Positions 1 to 9,059 are shown, counted from the first letter of the stretch. The stretch is DNA of 23,226 nt from Deltaproteobacteria bacterium TL4 (GCA_051382335.1 JBBCAX010000222.1:1-23226), one strand, 5' to 3'. A program made the numbers and translations. Notes: generated by a model not told the origin, from the letters alone.

Positions 1-164
1 GTCTTCCTTCAGATTCCTCATTGGCTTGCGACACTCGTTGGTTCCCTCTGTTGCGGCACCTGTCCCAAGTTTCTTTAGACACCCTTGACTCTGACTACAT
101 TTTCCCTCCTGTCGGGGTAATGAGTGGACTTTCACCACCAAGTTAAACGCCATGCCAGGCGCAC
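1..164 (-). ncRNA. Group II intron (subgroup IIC-like), 5' end / domain I, truncated by the window edge
   Basis: Minus strand from 164 reads GTGCGCCTGGCATGGCG...GGTGAAAGTCC...CAAGGGTGTC...GGAATCTGAAGGAAG. This is the GUGYG 5' boundary plus domain I blocks in the same order as the Oceanobacillus iheyensis IIC intron (recalled: GUGUGCCCGGCAUGGG...GGUGAGAGUCC...CAAGGGUGUC...GGAAUCUGAAGGAAG). Confidence 0.93.
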
Positions 165-237
165 AGCGAGGGCATCTTGCCCTCCGGTGAGGGCAAGATG
201 CCCTCGCTCCCAGGGAAAAAACTTTCCTGGACAGCTA
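165..237. repeat. Right part of a REP-hairpin miniature element (family A, copy 1); 5' exon of the intron
   Basis: Perfect 20-bp inverted repeat 165-184/189-208 (AGCGAGGGCATCTTGCCCTC-cggt-GAGGGCAAGATGCCCTCGCT). Each arm contains its own 7-bp palindrome. It is followed by CCCAG and ends in CTGGACAGCTA (227-237), the inverted counterpart (10/11) of TAGTTGTCCAG at 271 and 23033. Confidence 0.8.
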
Positions 238-270
238 TACAAGGACACCCATCTAATTATCTTACGAGTA

Positions 271-324
271 TAGTTGTCCAGATAAATTCCTGCTGGGAGC
301 GCAGACGTCCCGTCCGTTTTTGCG
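271..324. repeat. Left part of family-A miniature element (copy 2), intron-free, cut off by the IS1-like remnant
   Basis: TAGTTGTCCAGATAAATTCCTGCTGGGA (271-298) is identical to 23033-23060. It continues into the REP arm CTGGGAGCGCAGACGTCCCGTCCG; the matching second arm is missing after 324. Confidence 0.75.
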
Positions 325-575
325 GGTGGTGTCCCAGAAGGAGCAAAAGAAAAAAGCAGAAGAAAAGGAAGAAAAAAAGATGCCGTCGGATTTAGTCTAT
401 GCAACGGTCAAAAAAGAAAGAGAACAGGGTAGTCCATGTTGTTCAGACCCTGGTCTTCGGAACTATGAGGATACTGTGACTTTGGCTTGGCCGTTCCAAA
501 GTCAGCAAAACGATCAATACCTCTTTTGTGGAGAGGCACAATGGCACCGATAGTAAGTCATTCTGGGACACTACC
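325..575 (+). mobile_element. Internally deleted IS1-family element (251 bp) retaining both terminal inverted repeats
   Basis: GGTGGTGTCCCAGAA (325-339) matches the reverse complement of 561-575 (GGTAGTGTCCCAGAA) at 14/15. GGT-starting ends fit the IS1 family, and a transposase fragment lies inside. No target-site duplication is visible. Confidence 0.7.
380..551 (+). pseudogene. IS1-family DDE transposase fragment
   Basis: Frame from 380 gives MPSDLVYATVKKERE; after a frameshift at about 425, the frame from 426 gives RVVHVVQTLVFGTMRIL*LWLGRSKVSKTINTSFVERHNGTD (TGA at 477-479). The NTSFVERxN segment matches the region around the catalytic Glu of IS1-family transposases. Confidence 0.75.
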
Positions 576-597
576 GGGAAAACGGTGCCTGGAGATT

Positions 598-1332
598 TCA
601 GGGCATTTTTCTGATACGGATCTCAATTTCCCTGTCATTCTTCAATAAGGCCACAAGAACAGAGGTGTCTGTATCTCCGTAATGATAGGGGTATAGCACC
701 TTGGGTTTGAAGGCTCTTGCCGCATCGGCCACCATCTGAGGGGTCATCGTATAAGGCAGGTTCATGGGAACGAACGCGTAGTCAATGTTACGGAGTGCTT
801 TCATTTCCGGTGTATTTTCTGTATCGCCCGCAATATAGAGTTGTTTGCCTCCAATGCTGAGGACATAACCGTTGCCTTCCCCTTTAGGATGATAAGGCTC
901 GCCCACACTTCGCTGATGCACCAGGTTGTAGGCAGGGATCGCTTTCACCTGAATTCCCATAACGGTCCGCTCGTCTCCATTCTTCATGACGAGTCCCTGT
1001 GTCACCTGCTTTGCGCATAATTCAGTGAGAAGAACCTGCGTCTTCTTTGTCCGAACAGCCTGTATGGCCGCTAAATCGAGATGGTCTGGATGATGGTGAG
1101 TGAGAAGAATCAGATCCGCTGGAGGAAGCTTGGTGTAGTCTGCCAGTTTGCTGTAGGGATCCACATGAATGATCTTTTCATTAAAGATCAGCATGAGGCT
1201 TCCATGACCAATGAAGGTAATCTCAAGATTACCTGCCGACGTTTGAATCACGTCTTTTTCAAAAGAATTTTCCGCACTCAAGGGCAGCGCAGAAAATATC
1301 ATGGATATCAGAGTAAGTAAGAGCTTTTTCAT
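598..1332 (-). CDS. Exported metallo-beta-lactamase-fold hydrolase (UlaG-like), 244 aa
   Basis: GHGS, VDPY, THHHPDH (HxHxDH), YIAGDT and YPYHY motifs. Start moved to ATG 1332 (MKKLLL...LSA signal peptide), which is preceded by AAGGAGAAACC. Confidence 0.88.
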   Translation of the reverse strand: MKKLLLTLISMIFSALPLSAENSFEKDVIQTSAGNLEITFIGHGSLMLIFNEKIIHVDPYSKLADYTKLPPADLILLTHHHPDHLDLAAIQAVRTKKTQVLLTELCAKQVTQGLVMKNGDERTVMGIQVKAIPAYNLVHQRSVGEPYHPKGEGNGYVLSIGGKQLYIAGDTENTPEMKALRNIDYAFVPMNLPYTMTPQMVADAARAFKPKVLYPYHYGDTDTSVLVALLKNDREIEIRIRKMP

Positions 1333-1430
1333 GGTTTCTCCTTTTCGTTGAAGAAAGCTATAATGAGTCTCTTTCAAATTCAAGTTGAAAGAGACCTTTC
1401 CTTTGAATTACGTAAATTTTCTAAAATCGG

Positions 1431-4400
1431 TTAGCGAATTTTCCCCACAATCAAGGTGACGTCATCTTCTCCTGGCTGGTTTCCGTAGTGGCGCATGGCG
1501 GCTTCAACAATCCGGTTTCTGATTTCCCTGGCTTCAAGTCCATGACATGTTTGAATGACATGCTTGAGGCGATTATTTCCAAATTCCACTCGTTGATCAT
1601 TATAATTTTCAGTCAACCCATCCGTGTACCAAATAATGACATCATCTTTCTGTAATTCAACAAATTCAAGTTTATAGACACTCCGTTTGTCATATCCCAG
1701 CGGGTTTGAACGGGTAAACAGGGGTTTGATATACTGTGTCGTTTTTTTATTTTCAACAGGTTGAATAAAGCCTTCGGGGCGCCATAAATAACAGGGGTTA
1801 TGTCCCGCGCCGGAATAGACCATGACCTTCTTATCCAAATTGATGGCTGAATACAGAAAAGTCATGGCAAAGGACTTTTCTGTGGTTGAACACAGTAAGG
1901 CGTTTAAGATCTGTAAGATATAAGAGGGATGAAGGAACTGATAACGCAAGGTTTCTTTAGTGACAATGCGACGGCGATGTTCTTCCATGGAATGAAACAC
2001 GCTGTGAGCCATGGCAGTAATCAAGGCGGCAGAAACACCATGTCCTGTGACATCGCCGATCAGGACATCCAGTCGATTATCTTCCTGGTAGTAATGGTAG
2101 TCGTACCAATCCCCGCCTGTTTCTGAGGCGGATTGATAAAAACTGGCGATATCGATTTCTTCAAGTTGAGGCTCAGCTTGAGGAAGTAATAACTCCTGGA
2201 CTGTATGCGCTGTTTGTAATTCATGAGTTAAACGTTCGCTTTTTGTTAAGGCTTCAACCGCTTTTTTAAATTTCAGATGAGTCTGTACACGAGCCAGGAG
2301 TTCATCTTTATGGAAAGGTTTCGCTAAATAATCATTGGCTCCACTTTGAAGGCCTTCCACCAAATCCCGAACCTGGTTTTTCGCGGTTAAAATCACAATC
2401 GGCAAGGTGACTTGGTTATGGGTTTGGCGGACTTTTTTACAGACTTCATAGCCATTCATCCGGGGCATCATGAGATCAACTAACATCAAGTCGGGAAGTT
2501 GTCCTTGCTCTTGTGTTTGTTCCAGGATTTCTAAAGCTTGAAAGCCATCATAGGCGGTCAAGACATGGTAATGTTGCAAACTCAGATGGTTTTTTAATAC
2601 CTGAATATTGACAGGCTCATCATCAACAACCAGGATCGTGGGTTGATTCTCATGTTCCGTCAGGGTGTCGCTGAGATGTTCGGGCACCGTTGCCAAGGTT
2701 GGTGTCGATTCTTGCTCCGGAGAGGAAGTCCTTACGGTTAAGGTTGAATAACCGCTTTCTCGACGGTTTATCGCTTCGCGTTCTTGTTTTTTGGAGATAG
2801 GGAGCGTGAAAGAAAAAGTCGAGCCTTGTCCCTCTTGACTTTCCACAGTCAACGAACATCCGTGTAAGTCCACTAACTGTTTTGTGACCGTCAAGCCCAG
2901 ACCTGTTCCTCCATATTTACGGGAACTGGAGCCATCAACCTGTTCAAAAGAGCGGAAAATCCGCTCTTGTTGGTCTGGAGGAATACCAATCCCTGTATCA
3001 GAAACCAGAACTTCAATAAATGCGTCATCCCGTTTTTTAGCGTGTACTGAGACTTCTCCCTCATGCGTAAACTTGATCGCGTTTCCAATCAAATTAAATA
3101 AAATCTGCTCCAACCGATCCTCATCAGCCCAGGCCAGAGGAAGCTGGTCGGTAAGGTAGTTGACTAAGATTACAGCTTTTGTGATGACCAGGGGTTGGAT
3201 CAACTCAAAAACGACCTCAACCACGCCTTTAACATCCACCGGTTTGAATTGGAGTTTTAATTCGTGGTGCTGTATTTTTGAAAAATCAAGGATATCATTT
3301 ACCAATTTAGAAAGCCTTTTTCCGCTTTGGATGATCATTCTGAGGTTTTCCGCCTGTATTGGGCTCAAGGCGCCTCCAATTCCATCCAGCAGTGATTCCC
3401 CCAAGCCAATGATTCCATTTAAGGGGGTTCTTAATTCATGTGACGTATTGGCCAAGAATTCATCTTTGAGCTTATCGGCCTGTCGCAGTTGCTCCAGCGC
3501 CAGTTGGAGTTCTTGCGTCTTTTCATCCACTTTTTGCTCAAGCCCTGTATTGATTTTTTGGATTTCTTCATTGGCAAGTTCCAGTTTTTGATGAGCGGCC
3601 TGGATTTGTTTTTGTTGAAGCTGACCCTCTTCGTAAAGTTTTGCGTTTTGGATAGCCGTCGCGATTTGATTCACATACCACTGGATTTTTTGAACCGCTG
3701 AGTCATCCATTTCAAAAGGGGTCCGGCTGTTTGCCAAAATAATCACGCCAATGTTTTTTTGCTGGACTTGAAGAGGCAATAATAAACAGGCCTGAACAGG
3801 GGTGAGTTGAAAGAGTTTCGCGTCAACAGGAAGAAAGTGTTTGAGAACCTCAGGGGTTATCGGAGACACATAATAGGGCTCATTGCTGAGGAAGGTTTCG
3901 CACAGAAAACTGGTAAAGCCTTGGAGGGGAATGCGTGTCCCGTAAAAAACTTTAAATTCCTCCTCATTCCCTTCGTGCCCATAATACTTGGTGGCGACCA
4001 GATCATTCGTTTTTGAATCCCAAAGAAAAAGTCCTGATTGATCAAAGGAAATAATGGGTTGTAAGGCTTCGGTCACTGAAGACAGGACGGTGTCCAGATC
4101 CAAGGTTGAATTAACGGTTTGTACGACTTGATTGGCGTAGGTGATTTCCTGTTCTTTAAGCTGAGTCTTCTGCAACGCCCGCTCCAGCTCCCTTGTGCGT
4201 TCCGCGACTTTTCTTTCAGTGACCGTATAAACCCGTGCGTTTTCAATGGAAATCGCAATTTGGGAAGAGAGTAAGTTTAACAGTTCCAGCCGATTTTTGT
4301 TAAAAACGCCTTGGGAGAGATTGTTTTCAAGATAAAGGATGCCATTGATTTGCTTGTGATGCAGAATGGGCATACAAAGGATCGATTTAGGATGATAGGC

Positions 4401-7400
4401 GAGAATATAGTCATCATTGGTAAATTGCCCCTGTTGAGACGCACTCTCCAAAACAACGTTTTCATGTGTTCTTGAAACATAATGGATGATGGAGACAGGA
4501 AGCAGGTTGGAGCCTTTTTCCTGAGAAGCGTTTAGGGGGATTGACTGTAAGACCGCGACTTCTTTTTTGTCAATACTGCCTTCCGCTTCAATAGTCCACT
4601 GACCCTCTTTGTTCAGGAGTAAGTAGCCTTTTTGTGCCCCCGCGTTTTCAATCACAATGGTCATCAAGTTTTTGAGGAGTTTATCAAAGACGATCTCACT
4701 GGAAATACTTTGGGATGCCTTCATCACGGTGTTTAAGTCCAGCAAATTAGAAATGGACTCATCCGATGTCGCTGTTACGGAGAGGGACTCTCCGGGAGCG
4801 GAGATATCAAAACTTTCAAGCTTTCGGGTAAAGCGTAATTCGGGGTAAGCGGCTTCCAGTTGCTGTACTTTTGCGTGGGCTCCCCAGTTTTGATAGAGCA
4901 TCAACGCATTTTCGAAAAAAAGCTGAGCGATCGTGTTTTGTCCTACTTCCAAGTAGAAACGCGCGGCAAAGTTATTAGCCAAGGCTTCATCTTGAATAAA
5001 GTGATGCCTCTTTGCCCCCTGAATCGCCTGAGTATAAAAGTGCATGGCCTGTTCCTGTTTTCCCAGCACCTTAGCCCGTTCAGCCTCAATTAAATCCAGG
5101 CGATGTTGGTGATTTCCCGGCACATACGACGTCCAGTTTTTAAGTTTTTTATAATTTTTAGCGACGTTTCTGAGCTGCTGCCTTTGCTCTCCTTTGGGTA
5201 AATGAGGATATTTTGCCAAACGTGCGAGAGCGTCATAAAAATAAAACAGGGGGATATGAAAGGTTCCTTGCAGGGCGTCAATTTGTGTTTGCGCTTCCTC
5301 CGCATATTGAATCGCATGTTCCTGATTTTCAAAGAGGATACTCAAGAATAATTTGTGAAAAGGAATCAAAAAAAGCGCTGTTCTGTCATTGGCTTCAAGG
5401 TGTTCCTGGTAGTGTTCCTGCTCATCATAAATGTCTCCTTGTAAAGCGAGGCAGGGATCTCCCTCATGCCTCAAGTTTTGTACCACCTGACGGAAGATTT
5501 CATTATAATTGGTGTTGATCACTTGTTTATAATGCCGAATATCCTGGGTGTAGTTTTCCATTTCAAGCGCAAGTTCCTGTAAGGGTTCCCCCGCAAAAAA
5601 GGCATAAGCGCAATAGACGTGGGCGGAAAGAGTCGCATACTCAATATCTCCTAATTCCAGACCGAGTTGGTAGTTTTGCAGAAGCAAAGGCAATGACTCC
5701 CTTAAAGGATGTTTCCAATGGTGAATCAGTCCACTGATCACAAAACCTGTCCGGGCTTTTAATTTTTTGGCAGAGGGTCTGTCACTAAAGGCCTGGGCTA
5801 ACTCTCCAAAACGGTAACCTTCCTCTACCTTGCCAAAGGCGCTGCATAAGATCATTCCGTATCCTGCAAAGGTCAAAGGCGTTTCAGAAGAACAGCCGTA
5901 TTTGATCGTAAATTCAATGGATTTAAACGCCATAATGGGTAAAAGATTGGGAGACGCTTTATGCGCTGATTGCCCAAAACTTCCCATTATTTGTGTGACG
6001 GCCGTCATTACAGGGTCAGCATGATCCTGTAACAATTTCAATTTATGAATAGGGTTGCGACGGAGCAAATACCGCGTTTTGATAAACCCTGTTATTACCT
6101 GGAAAAGATTAGGTTGTAGGGGGTAATACACGCCTAGCGGTTTTAAATAGTCAAGGCCTTCCTTGATGGCATCTAAAGGACGGTTTTTCGCTAAATAACT
6201 TTGGATCAAAACCTCCACCGCTTTGACTTTGTCGAGATGTTGTTGGGCGTGACTGAAAAGAATCGCACATAAGGATTCCATGGCTTCGAAATCAGTTTTT
6301 AAATAGGCGGCTTCTATGGCTTCTTCATAAAGTTGAAGCGTTAGTTCATAGTTTGTTTCCCATCGCGTTTCAGGTAAAAGCTGAATTCCAACGGTGAAAT
6401 GATGAGCTGCGGATTCGTAAGCAACCGCCTCCTTGGCTTTTTTTCCTGCCCTTAAATTCAATTCAGCCAGTTGGCGTTTTTCAGCCTCTTCCTCAATTAA
6501 AGCTTTTCCCTCATTGAGCTGAATCACCACATTGAACAGATTTTCTTCCAGTTCTTTGCTGGAATAACTTTTTAAAAGGGCCCGTCCAATTTTAAGATGA
6601 ATAGGCGTTCGTTTCGCGGGTTCAATTAACTCATAAGCCGCTTGTTGAATACGGTCATGAGCAAAGTGGTCCGAAGGATCGAGGTAGCCATGTTTCGGGG
6701 TTAATTCTGAAGGCCGTATTGTCCGAAAAATAGCGTGAAGCTCATTATCCGGAATTAGTAATCCTTCTTCCACCGCAACCCACAGGTCTTTTGCGATGGG
6801 ACTGAGGTCTTTTTCTATCACGGTTCCCAAAACACGAAGGTCAAAGGAGTGTCCCACGCAAGCACCAATACTCAAGGTTGTTTGAGTCACTTCAGGCAGT
6901 AATTTAAGTTTGCTGACCATTAACGAGACAACATTACTTGAAGTTTCTTTTGCCCGGATTTGCTCCAAATTCCAACGCCATTCCTGACGCTCCAAATCAA
7001 ACCACACCCCTTGTTGTTGATAAAGCGATTTAAATAGTTCCTGGACGAAAAATGGATTTCCATGGGTTTTTTCAAAAATCAGCGCGCTTAATTCAACAAT
7101 AGACGCGACAGGACAATGCAGCGTTTCCGCAACCAGTTGATTCAGATCTTTTTTTTCCAAGGGTGATAACGTTATGGTTTGAAGCGCAGAACTGATTTTT
7201 CCGATCTGAGCCAAGGTGATGAGGAGCGGATGGGGTGCGGTCACTTCATTATGTCGGTAGGCACCGATAACGAAAAGATACCGATTGTGTTTATCTTCAA
7301 TCAGGTCATAGATTAAGCCCAGTGTTGAGGTATCGGCCCACTGTAAATCGTCCAGAAAAATAACCAGCGGATGTGTTTTTCCGGCAATGGCACTAATGAA

Positions 7401-8729
7401 TCTCAGAACCGTTCTTCTGAATCGGTTTTCATTTTCATGAAGCCCCACTTGAACCACCTCAGGTTGGGGGCCGAGAACCAGTTCCAAGTCGGGGAGAACG
7501 TCGATCAAGATTTGACCATTTTCTTCAACCGCCGCCAAGATTTTCGTTTTCCACCCCTCTAACTCTTCTGGAGTCCCCGTCAAAAGTTGTTTTATAAAAT
7601 CATCAAAGGCTTGAATAAAGGCGGCATAAGGTTCATTACGCTGGAATTGACCAAATTTTCCGGCAATAAAATTACCGCTGAATTGGATGATCGGTTTGTA
7701 AAGCTCATTAATGAGTGAGGATTTCCCAATCCCCGAATAGCCTGCAACCATTACCAGTTCGGTATTTCCTGTGCTGACACGGTCAAAGGTTTCAAGTAAT
7801 AACTGTATTTCCGCGGAGCGTCCATATAACTTCTGGGGAATTTGAAAGTGATTGACGGTATCTTTTTGTCCCAATTGAAAATGGGGAATGAGTTGAGAGG
7901 CCTTGTAATGCGATAAGCATATTTCCAGATCAGCCTTTAACCCTATCGCGCTTTGATAACGATCTTCCGCGTTCTTCGCGAGCAGTTTCATGATCACCTC
8001 AGAAAGAGGCCTCGGAAGATCGGAGCGCAATTCGTGAGGCGGAATGGGTTTTTTCGCAATGTGAAAATGGACTAATTCCATCAAATCTTGAGACTTGAAA
8101 GGAAGGTCTCCTGTGAGCATTTCATAGAAAGTGATGCCTAAGGAATAAAAATCGGTTCGATAGTCCACATCTCGATTCATGCGTCCGGTTTGTTCTGGCG
8201 CAATGTAAGCGAGTGTTCCTTCCAACGTATTCAGGTTGCTGATGATCGGCGTTTCTCTGGAGAGTTGAGACGCAATCCCAAAATCAATCAGTTGAATCTG
8301 CTCCGTTTGAGAATTATAGACAATATTTTCAGGGTTAATATCCCGATGTATGATTTGTTGATGATGCAGCGTTGCCAGACTGTCCGCGATTTTAAGGCTA
8401 AGCCTGAGAAACGTAATGAGGTCTAGCGGGTGCTCCCTGTTGGCCAGAAAATGTTTGAGTGAATTACCGCCAATATCCTCCAAAATCAGGATTTGTTGAT
8501 TTTGATAATGAATTAAATCGTAGGCTTGGATGATTCCATCCCCATGTTTGACACGGGTCAGTTCATATTCATGTTTTAAACGAGCCGTCTGCTTCGGAAA
8601 AAAATGTCCTGGATGCATGGCTTTGAGAATCACAGGATTTCGATCTTTATCTCTAAAGGCACGATAGATGGTACTGCGGGAACTTTCATAGAGAGCTTCA
8701 ATAATTTGGTATCCAGGAACCTGTCCCAT
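1431..8729 (-). CDS. Multidomain Ser/Thr kinase - AAA/STAND ATPase - helical region - GAF - GAF - HisKA/HATPase - receiver - SpoIIE/PP2C phosphatase, 2432 aa
   Basis: Kinase: VILK, HRDINPEN, DFG, YIAPEQ. ATPase: Walker A GYSGIGKS, Walker B FLDDLQW. Two GAF-like segments. Histidine kinase: SHELRTP, NLIGNAIKFT, DTGIGI, GGTGLGL. Receiver: VVDDE, VDLMMP, KPF. PP2C: GGDWYD, GDVTGHG, YTDG, DDVT. RBS GGAGA. Confidence 0.95.
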   Translation of the reverse strand: MGQVPGYQIIEALYESSRSTIYRAFRDKDRNPVILKAMHPGHFFPKQTARLKHEYELTRVKHGDGIIQAYDLIHYQNQQILILEDIGGNSLKHFLANREHPLDLITFLRLSLKIADSLATLHHQQIIHRDINPENIVYNSQTEQIQLIDFGIASQLSRETPIISNLNTLEGTLAYIAPEQTGRMNRDVDYRTDFYSLGITFYEMLTGDLPFKSQDLMELVHFHIAKKPIPPHELRSDLPRPLSEVIMKLLAKNAEDRYQSAIGLKADLEICLSHYKASQLIPHFQLGQKDTVNHFQIPQKLYGRSAEIQLLLETFDRVSTGNTELVMVAGYSGIGKSSLINELYKPIIQFSGNFIAGKFGQFQRNEPYAAFIQAFDDFIKQLLTGTPEELEGWKTKILAAVEENGQILIDVLPDLELVLGPQPEVVQVGLHENENRFRRTVLRFISAIAGKTHPLVIFLDDLQWADTSTLGLIYDLIEDKHNRYLFVIGAYRHNEVTAPHPLLITLAQIGKISSALQTITLSPLEKKDLNQLVAETLHCPVASIVELSALIFEKTHGNPFFVQELFKSLYQQQGVWFDLERQEWRWNLEQIRAKETSSNVVSLMVSKLKLLPEVTQTTLSIGACVGHSFDLRVLGTVIEKDLSPIAKDLWVAVEEGLLIPDNELHAIFRTIRPSELTPKHGYLDPSDHFAHDRIQQAAYELIEPAKRTPIHLKIGRALLKSYSSKELEENLFNVVIQLNEGKALIEEEAEKRQLAELNLRAGKKAKEAVAYESAAHHFTVGIQLLPETRWETNYELTLQLYEEAIEAAYLKTDFEAMESLCAILFSHAQQHLDKVKAVEVLIQSYLAKNRPLDAIKEGLDYLKPLGVYYPLQPNLFQVITGFIKTRYLLRRNPIHKLKLLQDHADPVMTAVTQIMGSFGQSAHKASPNLLPIMAFKSIEFTIKYGCSSETPLTFAGYGMILCSAFGKVEEGYRFGELAQAFSDRPSAKKLKARTGFVISGLIHHWKHPLRESLPLLLQNYQLGLELGDIEYATLSAHVYCAYAFFAGEPLQELALEMENYTQDIRHYKQVINTNYNEIFRQVVQNLRHEGDPCLALQGDIYDEQEHYQEHLEANDRTALFLIPFHKLFLSILFENQEHAIQYAEEAQTQIDALQGTFHIPLFYFYDALARLAKYPHLPKGEQRQQLRNVAKNYKKLKNWTSYVPGNHQHRLDLIEAERAKVLGKQEQAMHFYTQAIQGAKRHHFIQDEALANNFAARFYLEVGQNTIAQLFFENALMLYQNWGAHAKVQQLEAAYPELRFTRKLESFDISAPGESLSVTATSDESISNLLDLNTVMKASQSISSEIVFDKLLKNLMTIVIENAGAQKGYLLLNKEGQWTIEAEGSIDKKEVAVLQSIPLNASQEKGSNLLPVSIIHYVSRTHENVVLESASQQGQFTNDDYILAYHPKSILCMPILHHKQINGILYLENNLSQGVFNKNRLELLNLLSSQIAISIENARVYTVTERKVAERTRELERALQKTQLKEQEITYANQVVQTVNSTLDLDTVLSSVTEALQPIISFDQSGLFLWDSKTNDLVATKYYGHEGNEEEFKVFYGTRIPLQGFTSFLCETFLSNEPYYVSPITPEVLKHFLPVDAKLFQLTPVQACLLLPLQVQQKNIGVIILANSRTPFEMDDSAVQKIQWYVNQIATAIQNAKLYEEGQLQQKQIQAAHQKLELANEEIQKINTGLEQKVDEKTQELQLALEQLRQADKLKDEFLANTSHELRTPLNGIIGLGESLLDGIGGALSPIQAENLRMIIQSGKRLSKLVNDILDFSKIQHHELKLQFKPVDVKGVVEVVFELIQPLVITKAVILVNYLTDQLPLAWADEDRLEQILFNLIGNAIKFTHEGEVSVHAKKRDDAFIEVLVSDTGIGIPPDQQERIFRSFEQVDGSSSRKYGGTGLGLTVTKQLVDLHGCSLTVESQEGQGSTFSFTLPISKKQEREAINRRESGYSTLTVRTSSPEQESTPTLATVPEHLSDTLTEHENQPTILVVDDEPVNIQVLKNHLSLQHYHVLTAYDGFQALEILEQTQEQGQLPDLMLVDLMMPRMNGYEVCKKVRQTHNQVTLPIVILTAKNQVRDLVEGLQSGANDYLAKPFHKDELLARVQTHLKFKKAVEALTKSERLTHELQTAHTVQELLLPQAEPQLEEIDIASFYQSASETGGDWYDYHYYQEDNRLDVLIGDVTGHGVSAALITAMAHSVFHSMEEHRRRIVTKETLRYQFLHPSYILQILNALLCSTTEKSFAMTFLYSAINLDKKVMVYSGAGHNPCYLWRPEGFIQPVENKKTTQYIKPLFTRSNPLGYDKRSVYKLEFVELQKDDVIIWYTDGLTENYNDQRVEFGNNRLKHVIQTCHGLEAREIRNRIVEAAMRHYGNQPGEDDVTLIVGKIR

Positions 8730-8825
8730 TACTTTTCTCCAAATCTTCAGTACGTGTATTTGATCACTTGAGCCGATTAGACCATGCCCGTCAAGGTGAG
8801 GTTTGAAACATGCCGGTTGTTTGAA

Positions 8826-9038
8826 CTAGATGTGATACCGCTTGGGGTCTTCTTTCATAACCAGGAGCCCCCCTTCCGCATCTTCTGTTCGATGTAAGCG
8901 ATACCAATCACATTTGTTACAAGAAGAAGAGATCGTATGAGTACAGTTCGGAAGTTCCGTAAACGTTAATTCTGCCTTGCATTTAGGACAACGGCTTGAT
9001 GAAAAACTGACTCGTAATTTATTATTCATGGTGATCAT
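8826..9038 (-). CDS. Small putative zinc-ribbon protein, 70 aa
   Basis: CPKC and CNKC pairs about 20 residues apart. AAAGGT upstream of the ATG. Co-oriented with, and 96 bp upstream of, the kinase gene. Confidence 0.55.
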   Translation of the reverse strand: MITMNNKLRVSFSSSRCPKCKAELTFTELPNCTHTISSSCNKCDWYRLHRTEDAEGGLLVMKEDPKRYHI

Positions 9039-9059
9039 TTTTACCTTTTAAGGACAAAC

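Noticed and set aside
165..208. 20-bp hairpin as a Rho-independent terminator or attC site
   Set aside because: No adjacent U tract and no RYYYAAC/GTTRRRY core. The internally palindromic arms and related copies fit a REP doublet better.
132..553. ORF-track entries 132..404, 177..395 and 320..553 as real genes
   Set aside because: They cross the intron boundary, the REP hairpins and the IS1 remnant. Only part of 320..553 is transposase-derived, and that is reported as a pseudogene.
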